DNA of 60,147 nucleotides. Origin: Chiloscyllium plagiosum. Taxonomy: Eukaryota. Shown here in pieces: positions 48,727 through 60,147 of the stretch. The translations under genes were made by a program, and so were the position numbers. The stretch lies in assembly GCF_004010195.1 (NCBI RefSeq), contig NC_057718.1, positions 31,866,641 to 31,926,787 on the forward strand, read 5' to 3'. Under the pieces are notes generated by a model that saw only the letters and a program-made list of their open reading frames with translations, searched no databases and was not told the origin of the DNA. Position 1 is the stretch's first letter. The number at the start of each line of letters is the position of its first letter.

Positions 48727-49400
48727 CAGAAATTGATTAGGGACAATCAGCATGGTTTTCCGCAAGAAAAATCGTGTCTCACCAGCCTGAGTGAGTTTTT
48801 TGATAATATTACCAAAAAGATTGATGGCAGCAGTGCAGTAGATGCTGTTTATTTGGACTTTAATAAAGCCTTTGACAAGGTCCTGCATGGTAGGCTAATT
48901 AGTAAAGTTAGGCCACATGGGATTCAGGGTGAGCTTGCCAATTGGATACATAATTGGCTTAAAGGTAGAAGATGGAGTAATAGTGGAGGCCTGCTTTTCG
49001 GACTGGAGGCCTGTGACCAGCGATGTTCCACAGGGATCAGCTCTGGGTCCTCTTTTGTTTGTCAGTTATTTAAATGATTTGGATGAGCATGTAGAAGGCA
49101 TGGTTAGTAAGTTTGTGGACAACATCAAAATTGTTGGCATAGTAGACAGTGAAGAAGGTTTTTTACAAAAGAATCTTGATCAAATCGGCTGATAAATAGC
49201 AGATGGAATTCCATCTAAATAAAGGCGAGGTATTGCATTTTGGCACAACGAACAAGGATAGGACTTATCGAATTAATGGTAGCATAGTGTTGTAGAATGG
49301 AGGGACCTGGAGTACAGGTACATAATTCTTTGACGTTTGCATCAGATATAGTCAGTGTTGTTTATAAAGGCGTTTGGCACACTTGCCTTCATTGCTCAGT

Positions 49401-50150
49401 CATAGAGTCATAATCATAGAGATGTACAGCATGGAAACAGATCCTTCGGTCCAAACTGTCCATGCCAACCAGATATCCCAATGCAACCTAGTCCCACCGG
49501 CCAGCACTCGACCCATATCCCTCCAAACCCGTCCTATTCATACACCCATCCAAATGCCTCTTAAATGTTGCAATTGTACCAGCCTCCTCCACTTCCTCTG
49601 GCAGCTCAATCCATACATGTACCACCCTCTGCGTGAAAATGTTGCCCCTTCGGTCTCTTTTATATCGTTCCCCTCTCACCCTAAACGTATGCCGTCTAGT
49701 TCTGGACTCCCCGACCCCAGGGAAAAGACTTTGTCTATTTATCCTATCCATGCCCCTCAATTTTGTAAATCTCTATAAGGTCACCCCTCAGCCTCCAACA
49801 CTCCAGGGAAAACAGCCCCAGCCTGTTCAGCCTCTCCCTGTAGCTCAAATCCTCCAACCCTGGCAACATCCTTGTAAATCTTTTCTGAACCCTTTCAAGT
49901 TTCACAACATTTTTCCGATAGGAAGGAAACCAGAATTGCATGCAATATTCCAACAGTGGCCAAACCAATGTCCTGTACAGCTGCAACATGGCCTCCCAAC
50001 TCCTGCACTCAATACTCTGACCAATAAGCGAAAGCATACCAAACGCCTTCTTCACTATCCTATCTACCTGCGACTCCACTTTCAAGGAGCTATGAACCTG
50101 CACTCCAAGGTCTCCTTGTTCAGAGGACCTTACCATTAAGTGTATAAGTC
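49401..50150 (-). mobile_element. Young 5'-truncated CR1/HER1 inserted antisense into the older CR1
   Basis: Closely matches the reverse complement of about 22940-23680 (DLGVQVHSSLKVESQVDRIVKKAFGML...LERVQKRFTRMLPGL). Tail ctatgattatgactctatg. Confidence 0.95.
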
Positions 50151-50777
50151 CTTTGAGCATAGGAGTTGTGAAGTCATGTTGGAGATTGTACAGGACAGTG
50201 ATGAGGCCTCTTCTGGAATACTGTGTCCAATTCTGGTCGCCCAATATAGGAAGGACATTATCAAGCTGGGAGGATTCAGAAGAGATTTACCAGGATGTTG
50301 AGGTGTATGGAAGGTTGAGTTGTTAACGAAGGCTAGATAGGCTGAAACTTTTTTCACTAGAGTGTCGGAGATTGAGAGACAATCTGATAAGAAGTTTATA
50401 AAACAATGAGAGGTATAGGTGCAGTTAATGAGAGTTGTCTTTTCTCTAGGATGGGGGATTTCAAGACTCGGGGGCACATTTTTAAGATGAGAGGAGATAG
50501 ATTTAAAAAAGACATGAGAGGAAATTTTTTTTAAACACCAAGGGTGGCTCACGTCTGCAATGAACTTCCCGAGGAAGTGGTAGATGTGGGTACAATTACA
50601 ATGTTTAAAAGACATTTGGATAAGTACATGATTAGGAAAGGTTTGGAGGGATATGGGTCAGGAGTAGGCAGGTGGAACTAGTTTAGTTTGGGATTATGTT
50701 CAGCACGGTCTGGTTGGACCAAAGGGTCCGATTCCATGCTGTATGACTAAAAGCCACATACACATTTTCAACAGGAT

Positions 50778-52390
50778 GAAGTGAATTGAATTTATTGTCA
50801 CGTGTACAGAGGCACAGTGAAAAGCTTTGTCTTGCGAACAATACAGGCAGATCACAGAGTTAAATAGCATAGATACGTAAATAATAAGTAAACAGCTGCA
50901 AAACAAAAACACAGGTACAGGTGATTGCTAAGAGTTTGTGAGTCCATTCAATATTCTAACAGTAGGGTAGAAACTATTTCGAAATCATCTGGTGCGTGTT
51001 GAGGCTTCTGTACCTTCTCCCCACTGGTAGAGGTTGTAGAAAAGCATTACCAGGATGGGATGGATCTTCGAGAATGCTGGTGGCCTTTCCTCGACAGCGG
51101 GCCTGGTAGATGGATTCTACAGATGGGAGGTTGTGATTGTCTGGGCCAAGTTCACCACTCTGTAACCATCTCCGATCGTGAATGGCAGAGTTGCAATACC
51201 AGGTAGTGATACATCCAGACAGAATGCACTTGATGGCACATCTGTAACAGTTGGCCAAATTTGCCAAATTTCCTCAGCTGCTCAAGGAAGAGACGACGTC
51301 GTCGTTGGGCCTTTGTAACTAGTGCATCCACATGAAGAGTCCAAGAAAGCTTGTTGTGGAGAACGACTCCAATGAATTTGTCACTCTCCACTCTTTCCAC
51401 CTCTGTGCTGTTAATGTGTAGGAGATATGAGTAACATCTTGCCGAAAGTCAATAATGAGTTCCTTGGTTTTGCCGGCATTGAGAGCTAGGTTATTCTCAG
51501 TGCACCATTTTTCCAGGTCTTTCACCTCCCGCCTGTAGTCTGTTTCGTCACCATCTGAGATTTAACCGACTATGGTGGTGTCATCAGCTAACTTGTAAAT
51601 GACATTAGTCTGGTATCTGGCGACACAGTCATGGGTATACAGAGAGTACATTAGGGGGTTGAGTACGCATCCCTGAGGGGCTCCAGTGTTGAGCGTTAGT
51701 GAGGATGAAATATTATCCCCAATCTTCACTGATTGTGGCCTGTGGGTCAGGAACCTGAGGATCCAGTTGCAGAGAGTGGGCCTTAGTCCGAGATCATTAA
51801 GTTTAGTAAACAGTCTTGAGGGGATAATAGCCTTGAAGGCTGAACTGTAGTCAATGAGTAGGATTTTTATTTAGCTGTTCTTGGTGTCAAGATGTTCTAG
51901 GGAGGAGTGAAGGGCAAGTGATACGGCATCTAACGTGGATAAGCAAATTAGAGTGGGTCAAGAGTAGTGGGAAGGCTGGAGTTGATTAATGCCACACCAG
52001 CCTTTCAAAGCACTTCATGACCACCGAAGTTAGGGCCACTGGGCGGTAGTCATTGAGACATGCTGCATGAGCCTTCTTAGGCACAGGGATGATGTTGGCC
52101 CTCTTGAAACAGGCAGGGACAGCGGCCTCTGCAGGGAGAGGTTGAACATGTCAGAGAAGATCTCTGCCAGTTGGCGCATGCTCTGAGCGCACGGCATGAA
52201 AACTGATCTGACCTCTGACGCAGTGACTATTGGGATAGGTTCATTAGGACTTGTCAGAGTAGGTATTACCTCTGCCGAAATTCTGCTCAAAGCGAGCACA
52301 GAAGGCATTGAGACGATCTGGGAGAGATTTGTCATCGTCTGCTATCTTGCACTGTCTCTTTATAGAACCTGCAATTGCTGTTTATCATTC
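50778..52390 (-). mobile_element. Rex1/Babar-type non-LTR retrotransposon, 5'-truncated and decayed
   Basis: Peptides [54 protein letters not shown] and YRCAI.CILSGCITTWY. Tail caataaattcaattca. Confidence 0.88.
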
Positions 52391-53627
52391 AGATGTGGGA
52401 GCTGCAAAAATTTTCCCTTTCATAATCTAGGGTCCTACCAGATTAATGTAACTGGGAATCAAATCAAGAACTCCAACATTTAACTGGATAAACAGCAGCT
52501 TGGAGTTTCCATGAGCACATTTTAAAAGTTAATTTATCAATTCTGCATTATCTTACAATTTGGATATATCCACCATCATTCAGCATTTTAACTTTATTTA
52601 TAATTGTGGCAAATTTTCAATTATTTCAATTATTTTAAAGCATTTCAAAGTTGCAAATCTTTGTAAAAGAACATATCACTCATTATGTTGGTACATAAAC
52701 CTATTTTAGCATGAACTAATTTAAAAAAAAAAGATTAAACTTAGGCCCAGAGTTCAAATATGCTTGGGTACACAGAAATATCCTGTAGCACCTACTTCCC
52801 TGAAGATTGACAATGTGAATGCTCAACTTTGTCATTTCCTTATTCATCAACCCTTTGGCAGCTCATTGTTCGGTATTGTCCATATAAAGTGGAAGTCACA
52901 AGTCTTGAAATTTTATAAGCCAGAAATGTTAACTCAGTTTTTAGTCAACAGAGATCCCTGCATGATCTGCCAAGTATCTCGAGCTAGTGTCGATTTCAGT
53001 TCAGAGTTCTGGCATCTGCTGTATTTTGCCTTTTTGTCACAGGTTTTGTTCCCTAGCTGTGTTTGCTCAACCAATTTCACCAAGAATGACAATACATCAC
53101 CAGCAATGAATGAAATGTAGGAGGTGAGAGGAGGGTGGTGGCAGTTGTTTGGATCTAGCGGGACTGACAAATGTTTCCATTCAGGGATTTTTCTCCAAAT
53201 AACCAATTCTGAAGAGAGATAACAGCAAACTTTGGATGATTAAAAAATATAACGTTCTCAGGAGATGTGCTTTGGTGTACCAGATTGCAGACAGCTGGTA
53301 ATATGATACTTGTTTATTCTGCTGACTTTCCCTACCCCACCATTAACTGAGATCTCTAAACAAAGGCATAGTGGTCTCAAGATTTGTGACAGTCACTCTG
53401 AAGCAAGCTGCTTGAAACTGAATTAAAAAAAGAGAGTTTGTCTTTCTTTTTTCCCCATTTTCCACTTTGCAAGAAGCAACTTTTACTTCCCACAGATGAT
53501 ACAACCATATTTCTCATCTTGGTTGTATGATCTCATATCTTATTCCACAGACACAATATGTCAGTGCATTACCAGGATGCCCAATACTAAATATGCTCTT
53601 GAAACCTGACGGTGTACGTTTCCTTAC

Positions 53628-53862
53628 CATTACAGTAGGATCCACTTTGGTCTTTTCTGGTGTATTTTTCCTGTTCTTTTTAACTGCTGTCTTTTTTGGA
53701 GATCTTTTCACCGATGTCTTTTTTATATCTGTACTTCCTGCTTTAGACTTGACTTGCCTTTTTGCAATCATTGGTCTTGCTGTAGATTTCTTTGGTTTCC
53801 TTGCAATTTTATTTTTTGGAATCCATTCTTCCTCCTCCTCTTCAGAATCAGATTCTGAAGTT
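53628..53862 (-). CDS. SRBD1: SRBD1 coding exon 2, acidic then Lys-rich low-complexity segment (TSESDSEEEEEEWIPKNK...KVDPTVM)
   Basis: Splice sites ctttgcatag|A ACT TCA... and ...GTA ATG|gtaagg. 235 nt, phase 2 to 0. The acidic tract followed by W-x-P-K resembles the SRBD1 N-terminus (SEEDDKEDSAWEPQKK in human, from memory). Confidence 0.85.
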
Positions 53863-55234
53863 CTATGCAAAGATAATTATAACCAATTCAATAGAAAATA
53901 ATGTCATATAAAAGAATACATTCCATTCCATTCTCTTTCTTTTCCAAATGCAGTGACTCATGCTCTATGGACAACTGCCATACTATACGCTGCGAAAGCT
54001 AACTCATTCAAGTCACCTATTCTTGAGCTATAGCTGAGGAAAGAAACCATCCAGCCGATTCAATTGCAGAAACATCAAATTTAACCCTGTCTATACTTTC
54101 CATCGAGGGTTTACTGGATTCTTTACAAAAGGTTTTTGTTTGCTGAATCAGAGCAACCAGGATATTTACTACTAACTCGATTGATACTGCCTAATCAGAA
54201 AAATCAGCCAGTATTGCCCCATCCAAACAGCATACATATTTTGCTTGGAATGTGTCTGGATAGTTCAATATAAAAACATGGCTTTTTTTCTGCCCATTAG
54301 TAGTGTACAGGGTGCAAAAGAACAATCTAGAATAATTCTTGGGTAATGCTGCAAAACATTCCATTTCATTGTAGAATTTTGAAATTATCAATCATTTGTA
54401 GTACATCATTACACCCCAGTTCTTTAGCAGATAATCATATCTCACTGTAGGAAAAAACAAATATAGTCCAAGGTGTTATGCATTTCTTTTATTTAGGGTC
54501 GACAGTAACAGCCCCAACACAAGTATTTCTCAACCTCAAGCTCAGAGAGATCAGTCCTAATTTCTACGATACAGGCTGTGGGTTTCGACCACCAGCTGAT
54601 CCCAATCCATCACTCTCAAGTCTCTACAACAAAGTATCTCTATTCACAATTTATATATATTAAACAGAAGGCATTATCACATTTTTATCTATGTACATAG
54701 ATGGTCTAGGACACAGCACATAAAAAAGTCTAATGCCAGTGATCAGATAACCCCAATTTGGCTAACACCTTCATTCATGTGTTGACTTCTGCTTGTCCTG
54801 TCTGACCGACCCATCACATGCCTATCCAATACTGTTCTTAATTTGATGATCTAACTTCCCCTAATGTCATTTCATGGAACACCTTTCATTCAACTTGCAA
54901 CATGTGTGAGATTTTGGGAGCACTTAGAAAAACAGCCATGTCAGTATCAGGGTAGCTTGTGGCTTTATTACAGTTTCCCAAGGCAATGGGATCCAAACTG
55001 GCCCTGCTCAAAAAAAAAAATCAGGATTACCTACCTATCAACATATCACTTTTGCACCCAAAATCTCTTTTTGTGACGTTAGACATCACTTTGCCTTTTC
55101 CCTCCCATTTCCCACTACCTCAATACACCCTACCCTGACAGAAAAAAATATAGTATTTTCATTGCCAGCCAGCTCCAATCTTTACATGACAGCTTTGAAT
55201 GAGATATAAGAATTTGTTGAAAAAGATTTGGGTG

Positions 55235-55980
55235 ACTTTAGCCACCGGGATCAGTGTCGGGGCCAACAATTATTTTCAATATACATTAACGACTTGTATG
55301 ATGGAAGTGAATTTACCAGCGCCAAGTTCAAAGATGACACAAAAATAGGTAGGAAAGGAAGCAGTGATGATGACACAGTGTCCACAGCCAGCATAAGCAA
55401 GTGGATAAAAACTTGACCTATGGAATACAATGTCAGAAAATTTAAGCTTATGTATTTCGGCAGAAAGAACCGATCAAAATACTATTTGTCATGAAGAAAG
55501 AATGCAGAAATGTGCAAAGTAGGTTCACTTGGCCAACTGTGGGTTTTGAGAGTTTTTTTTTAAATGAGGAGAGGTTAAGTGGTCTGGGTGCTTTGGAGTT
55601 TATAAGAATGAGAGGAGACCATATTAATACATGCAAGATCCTTAGGGAAGATGATAGGATAAATGCAGACAGATTGATTGTGGGAGAATCTAGGTCCCGA
55701 AGGCAGAATCTTAGGTGAAGAGTCACCCTTTAAGACAGAGGTCATGAGGAATGTCTTCTCTCAGAGGATAGTGAATCTGTAGAAGTGTGTGGACTGGATC
55801 ATTAAGTATATTCAAGACTGAAGTACTCAGTTTTAAAATCAGTAAGAGAATCAAGGATTAAGGGGAAATAAAGTAAAGCAATGCGAAGTTGACAATTATC
55901 AGATTAGCCGTTATCTCATTGAATGGCACAGCAAGTTTGATGGGCTGAATGGCCAAAGTCTGCTTCTACATCTCTTTGTT
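55235..55980 (+). mobile_element. Old CR1 RT C-terminus and 3' end
   Basis: Peptides LFSIYINDL, AKFKDDTKIG and RMRGDHINTCKIL. Tail agattagccg..atctcattgaatggc. Confidence 0.85.
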
Positions 55981-56608
55981 TAATCCTAACCACTCAAATA
56001 CATTTTATTGTTTTAAGTATACGTATACAGGCCCATCGGTCCAGGAGGAGAAAGGCTCCCTGTGACAGATCACAGGAGTGCAGTGATACAAATGCCCCAC
56101 AAATTGTCTGGCTCTCACTACCAGCCAGCTGCTATTTTCTGCAAAGTTCAGGCATTCAGCTGATAGGGCCTTGGACTGCTACACTGAGGATGGTTGAGAA
56201 AGGATACTCACCACATGCCAATTTCAGTCCTAGTTTATAGTCATTATGTTGATGAATTTTTGCAAAATAAAAATCTTGAAGATTCATAATTTAAGCAGTT
56301 TTCATATATCAATACATATACATATTTATGTAAAGGCAAACATTAAGCACAAGAAATGTTAATTAAAAATACTTGATTCTTAACTGAAAACAGACTGATA
56401 GAAATAGTAGCCTATCACTGCAGATTGATGCACAACAGGTCTTGTAAGTAGGGGTTATTCAATTTTATAGAGATTACATTTTAAACAAAACAAATTAAAA
56501 CAATCTAATGCATTGAAAATCAAATGTTTAACTATTCATCTTGTAAACTATCAGAAGGAATTCTCACTACAAGTTTAAAATTTCAACTGTTTGAAGAACT
56601 GCACTTAC

Positions 56609-56676
56609 GCATTAAGAAATGAATCATCATCTTCTGAAAATGGTCGCTTTTGACTTAACTTTGTTATTCCCGACAT
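56609..56676 (-). CDS. SRBD1: SRBD1 first coding exon (MSGITKLSQKRPFSEDDDSFLN+2 nt)
   Basis: Minus strand reads aatttacag|ATGTCGGGA...TTAATGC|gtaagt. The exon is 68 nt, ends in phase 2 and joins in frame to the 53862 exon. The peptide itself is poorly conserved, so the call rests on splice signals, phase and position. Confidence 0.75.
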
Positions 56677-57207
56677 CTGTAAATTAATTTGAATCAGTTT
56701 CATTTTAATCTGGAAAATGAAATTCATTTCACTTGTAGAGTAAAGTCTAATTAAACTAAGCAATGAAAGTAAGCAAGCAACACTCCATTACTGACACAAT
56801 GTTTGTCATCAGCCGGTTTTTCTCTTTTTTTTCCTTAAATAATGGAGCATCAGTTGCAACATTCCAATTAAAATGCACAATTCCCAAACAAAGTATTTTG
56901 AAAATTAATCTTCAATTTTTCCTCTTCACTGAATAAGAGTTGCCTCTCCTCATATGGTCTTGTGCCAGTTACCCTTTTTATTTCTAAATCCTTATTACTA
57001 ACTTTATAAATTACCAAATACAATCACATCCAAGATCAAAATATTAAGTGCAGAGGTGAATTATTAAATTTGCTTCCTCACAGACAAATTATGTAATATT
57101 TCAGTCATACATTACTTTTTTTGTTTGCAGGTCCCACTTAGGCATAAACCACTAAGGAAGAAAGCAGATGGCGAGCATACAACCAGATTTAAATTTAATT
57201 ATATTGG

Positions 57208-57336
57208 AGATTTTAGATATTTTTAAATCAACCTGCTCAGAGGTATCATGATAGAGTCCATGATTGGACTCAGGTAGGACTTGAATCCAGACCTCTAACC
57301 CAGAGGTAGAAAGACTGCCACTGGCCACAAAAGCCC
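57208..57336 (-). mobile_element. Short tRNA-derived SINE head
   Basis: Minus strand reads ggcttttgtggccagtggcagtc...ctacctctggg...ctggattcaagtcctacc, with A- and B-box-like motifs. Confidence 0.5.
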
Positions 57337-57411
57337 AGCTCTTTTAAGTATGTAAATTTACAACAAAACATTTGCAAATCTCAAATGGTTTTTGCTATTT
57401 AAATCCAAGTA

Positions 57412-57662
57412 TAGGGACCTGAGGGGGTAACTTTTCTTTTACACAGACAGTGTGCAATGTGGAATGAACTGCCAGAGGAAACGGTAGAGCAGACACAGTT
57501 ACAACATTTAAAAGACATTTGGATAGGTACCTAAATAGGAAAGGTTTAGAGGGATATGGGCCAAATGCAGGCAGATGGGACTAGTTTAGTTTGGGAAACT
57601 TAGTCAGCATGGACGAATTGGACTGAAGGGTCTATTTCCATGCTGTATAACTCTATGGCTCT
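57412..57662 (+). mobile_element. CR1 3' end
   Basis: Reads ggaatgaactgccagagga...acatttaaaagacatttggat...ccatgctgtataactctatggctct. Confidence 0.9.
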
Positions 57663-57679
57663 GTTAAACATCCATATAC

Positions 57680-58250
57680 AGCATGACCTGAACATTTAGG
57701 CTTGAGCTGTTAGTGGCAAGTGACATTCAAACCAGACAATGACCCTTGATTTTCAACAACACTACCATCACTGCAGCCACACAATCAACCGTGATGTTCA
57801 TTGACACATCCTAGTTATTACCATTGACAATATGCTGAACTGGACCAGTCAAAAAAAATGTTGCAACTACAACAGAAGGCCAGAGGCAAGGAATTCTGCA
57901 GAAAATTACTCACTTCCGGATTCTTCAAAGCCTTCCTCCATCTAAAAGACCAAAGTCCAAATTGATGGAATATTCTCTACTTGCCTCGAGTGCAGCTCCA
58001 TAAACACCAAGAAGCTTAATATCATTCAGAAAAAAGCAGCCTTCTTGATTGCAACTGTTTGCCAGTGTTTGATGAGGTGCCAACCTCTACTGTCTAGATG
58101 GTGAAGGTAAAATGTGTGGGATTATTACCACCCAAGAATTATCCATCACAGTCATTGGATTATAATTCTGGAACTCCAATCTTAACAGAACTGTAGGTGT
58201 TCCACACTACATACGCTGCAGAAATTCAAGGTGGTCGATGACAACACACA
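57680..58250 (+). mobile_element. Old LINE C-terminal fragment; probable partner of the 3660-type SINE (tail also at about 59125-59318)
   Basis: Similar to 28640-29020. The related tail caccacctcctcacaggcaa...aaatgctggcctagccag...cccatgag at 59230-59318 matches the SINE tail. Confidence 0.55.
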
Positions 58251-58528
58251 GGTCTAACCCACCACCAACCCTCAATCCCTCTCCTCTTTCAGAATTGTCA
58301 TGGTAATTTTGTTTGTTTTCCAATCCTGGATAATTGGAAATATCCTGTGCTTAAATACTTGAAAATATTAGTAAGTTTTGAAAAGTTTTGAAAATATCAA
58401 AGCTATTGTCTTCACTCCCTGCCATAAGTTGCTTTGAAGAACTTTCTCTCCATAGCAGGTTTGTCTTTGAACCAGATGGGTCACAACTTTTGATTTCACA
58501 TTCGACCCCAACTTGGAAAAATCTTCTG

Positions 58529-58744
58529 TCAAGATTGGAGTGGTGCTAAAAAAGTACAGCAGGTCAGGCAGCATCTGAGGAGGAGGAGGAAAATCGACTT
58601 TTCGGGCAAAAGCCCTTCCTGATGAAGGGCTTTTGCTCGAAAAGTCGATTTTCCTCCTCCTCGGATGCTGCCTGACCTGCTGCACTTTTTTAGCACCACT
58701 CCAATCTTGACTCTGATCTCCAGCATCTGCAGTACTCACTTTGC
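58529..58744. mobile_element. 216-bp non-coding fold-back PLE mini-element with central hammerhead motif and 16-17-bp TSD
   Basis: Inverted arms at 58528-58618 and 58624-58711 (3 mismatches, one 3-nt indel) enclose the loop CTGAT. Flanks are CTTGGAAAAATCTTCTG (58512-58528) and CTTGGAAAACCTTCTG (58745-58760). Confidence 0.92.
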
Positions 58745-58834
58745 CTTGGAAAACCTTCTGCTGAAACCTTTTCCCTTGTGTTTGTTAGCTTTATGTTAGA
58801 CTAATCCTGGATACCGTCCCTTTTTCTACCCTTT

Positions 58835-58965
58835 GCAACCTTGAGGACACTCGAAACTCCTATTCATGCCTTACTTGCACTGAGTTCCTGTTCACCCATC
58901 ACACCTGCCCTAACTGACTTACAAAGGTTTCTGGCTAAGCAATATCTTGTTGCTAAAACTCTCTT
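58835..58965 (+). mobile_element. L2 LINE RT C-terminal remnant
   Basis: Peptide LETPIHA...SPITPALTDLQ resembles the L2 motifs ETLIHA and HITP.L..LHWL. Confidence 0.5.
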
Positions 58966-59329
58966 CCACAGCTTCATACAACCTTATGAAATAAGAACAG
59001 AAGTAGGCCATTCAACCCCTCAAGCCTGATCTGCCATTCAGTAAGACCAAGACTGGGTCTATCAGCGTTTCAAATTCCACATTCCTGTATACTCTACTTG
59101 ACCTCACACTGCTACCAGACTTAGAAAGATATTGCTGTTCCTTCGCTGTTGCTGGGTCAAAATGTTGGAAATCCCAACCCAGCAGCATTGTGGGTCAACC
59201 TACAACACAGTGGTTCAAGAAGACAGTTCATCACCACCTCCTCACAGGCAACAAGGGCAGACGACAAATGCTGGCCTAGCCAGTAACGTCCAAGTCCCAT
59301 GAGCGTATAAAAGAAAAGACTTGATTGAA

Positions 59330-60018
59330 TAAATGGCTGCTTCACCGAGAAGATGTGTCTTGAGCCTTGGATAATGATGTGGTAAATGGGCAAGTGCTGC
59401 ATCTTCTACAAATGCATGGAAAAGTGCCATGGCGTCAGGAGAAGGTATTGGAAGTGGAGGAAGAGTTGACCACGGTATCCTGGAGGAAAAAGACCATGCG
59501 GAGTGCTGACAAAAGAGGTGGCAGAAATGGCAGCTTATGGTTTTTTTGGCTGAGAAGGCTTGTGGTGCAGAAACCAAGAACCTGGGAACCCTATCATTGT
59601 TGTGGGAGTGGGGGAATGGCCGAGGACAGAAGTGCAAAAAAATGTATCAGACATGACCGAGAGCTCTGTAAACCATGGTGACAGTGAATCCTCGGTTCAG
59701 GAGAGAGGTGGATATTTGTGAGGGCCGCCCTGTGGAAGATACGACAGAGAAGGAGAATCAGGAAGAATGGGATGGAGTCCTTACTGGAAGCAGTCTGAAA
59801 GGATGAACAGTCAAGATAACTGTAGAACTTGATGGGTATGTAATGTAGCCAGTATATTCCCACATGTGGAAACAAAGATTTTGAGGAAGGAGTGTAAGCA
59901 AATCAGAAATGGGCCAGGTGAAAGCGAACGCAATGTAGACATTGCAAGCAAAATTGATCATTTTTTCCAACTCCTGGCAAGACAGAGAAGCAGCACCAAT
60001 TATGTCATTAATGTAGGG
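59330..60018 (-). mobile_element. Old decayed Penelope-like element (RT end to endonuclease linker)
   Basis: Minus-strand remnants YINDI (about 60002-60016), YSYLDCSS...KDSIPF, HNNDRVP and IIQGSRHIFSVKQPF are homologous to the copies at 235-600 and 1250-2250. Confidence 0.75.
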
Positions 60019-60147
60019 AGAAAGTGAGGTCTGCAGATGCTGGAGATCAGAGCTGAAAATGTGTTGCTGGAAAAGCGCAGCAGGTCAGGCAGCATCCAGG
60101 GAACAGGAGAATCGACGTTTTGGGCATAAGCCCTTCTTCAGGAATGA
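60019..60147 (-). mobile_element. Young PLE 3' terminus with hammerhead motif, cut by the window end
   Basis: Plus strand reads agaaagtgaggtctgcagatgctggagatcagagc... The minus strand gives attc-CTGAAGA-a-gggc-ttat-gccc-AAAAC-GTC-gatt, with G12 changed to A. Confidence 0.9.

Larger units (their letters stand above)
48040..50747 (+). mobile_element. CR1 LINE ORF2 and 3' end (host: 48040-49400 and 50150-50747) with two nested inserts
   Basis: Peptides LKKEIRKTKRGYE, KSPGSD, QHGF, YLDFNKAFDKV, VPQGSALGP and KFVDNIK. Tail ccatgctgtatgact. Confidence 0.93.

Noticed and set aside
52934..53206. 90-aa minus-strand ORF as an extra SRBD1 exon
   Set aside because: It overlaps a PLE terminal remnant (ttctggcatctgctgtattttgcc) and shows no SRBD1 similarity. 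Exons 2 and 3 already join in phase.
56206..56235. Possible 18-nt cassette (tag|GACTGAAATTGGCATGTG|gtgagt) that would create a TGA at the next junction
   Set aside because: The donor is good, but the acceptor lacks an adjacent polypyrimidine tract (gactataaactag). Likely chance.
56677..60147. SRBD1 promoter or first non-coding exon
   Set aside because: There is no CpG-rich segment and the region is mostly repeats. The clearest donor-like GTGAGT (about 58734-58739) lies inside the PLE mini-element. Exon 1 is probably beyond the window.

Overview
This is eukaryotic, repeat-rich vertebrate DNA. The HE1 SINEs and HER1/CR1-type LINEs point to a shark or other elasmobranch. The whole window lies within one minus-strand gene, SRBD1 (S1 RNA-binding domain 1, Tex-like). 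I reconstructed nine GT-AG coding exons with continuous phases (56609-56676, 53628-53862, 47339-47665, 45129-45295, 44130-44247, 41672-41810, 31210-31306, 18016-18157, 4299-4402). Together they give 1397 nt, about 465 N-terminal codons. The remaining 3' exons, and probably a non-coding first exon, lie outside the window. The introns are packed with decayed and nested retroelements: CR1 LINEs (one near full length with an esterase ORF1), HE1 and other tRNA-derived SINEs including a Deu-domain SINE, L2, RTE and Rex1/Babar fragments, a solo LTR and several families of Penelope-like elements (PLEs). The most notable signal is a set of minimal hammerhead-ribozyme motifs (CUGAnGA-A-stemII-GAAAC-GUH) in PLE termini. 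They include tiny non-coding fold-back elements whose hairpin apex sits on the ribozyme core, one with a clear target-site duplication. Also notable are a perfect 6x53-bp G-rich minisatellite that arose inside a PLE and a cluster of CR1 breakpoints at one spot of ORF2. I found no prokaryote-type system such as a CRISPR array or operon. Most ORF-track entries are transposon remnants or noise. Repeat boundaries are by eye and approximate.
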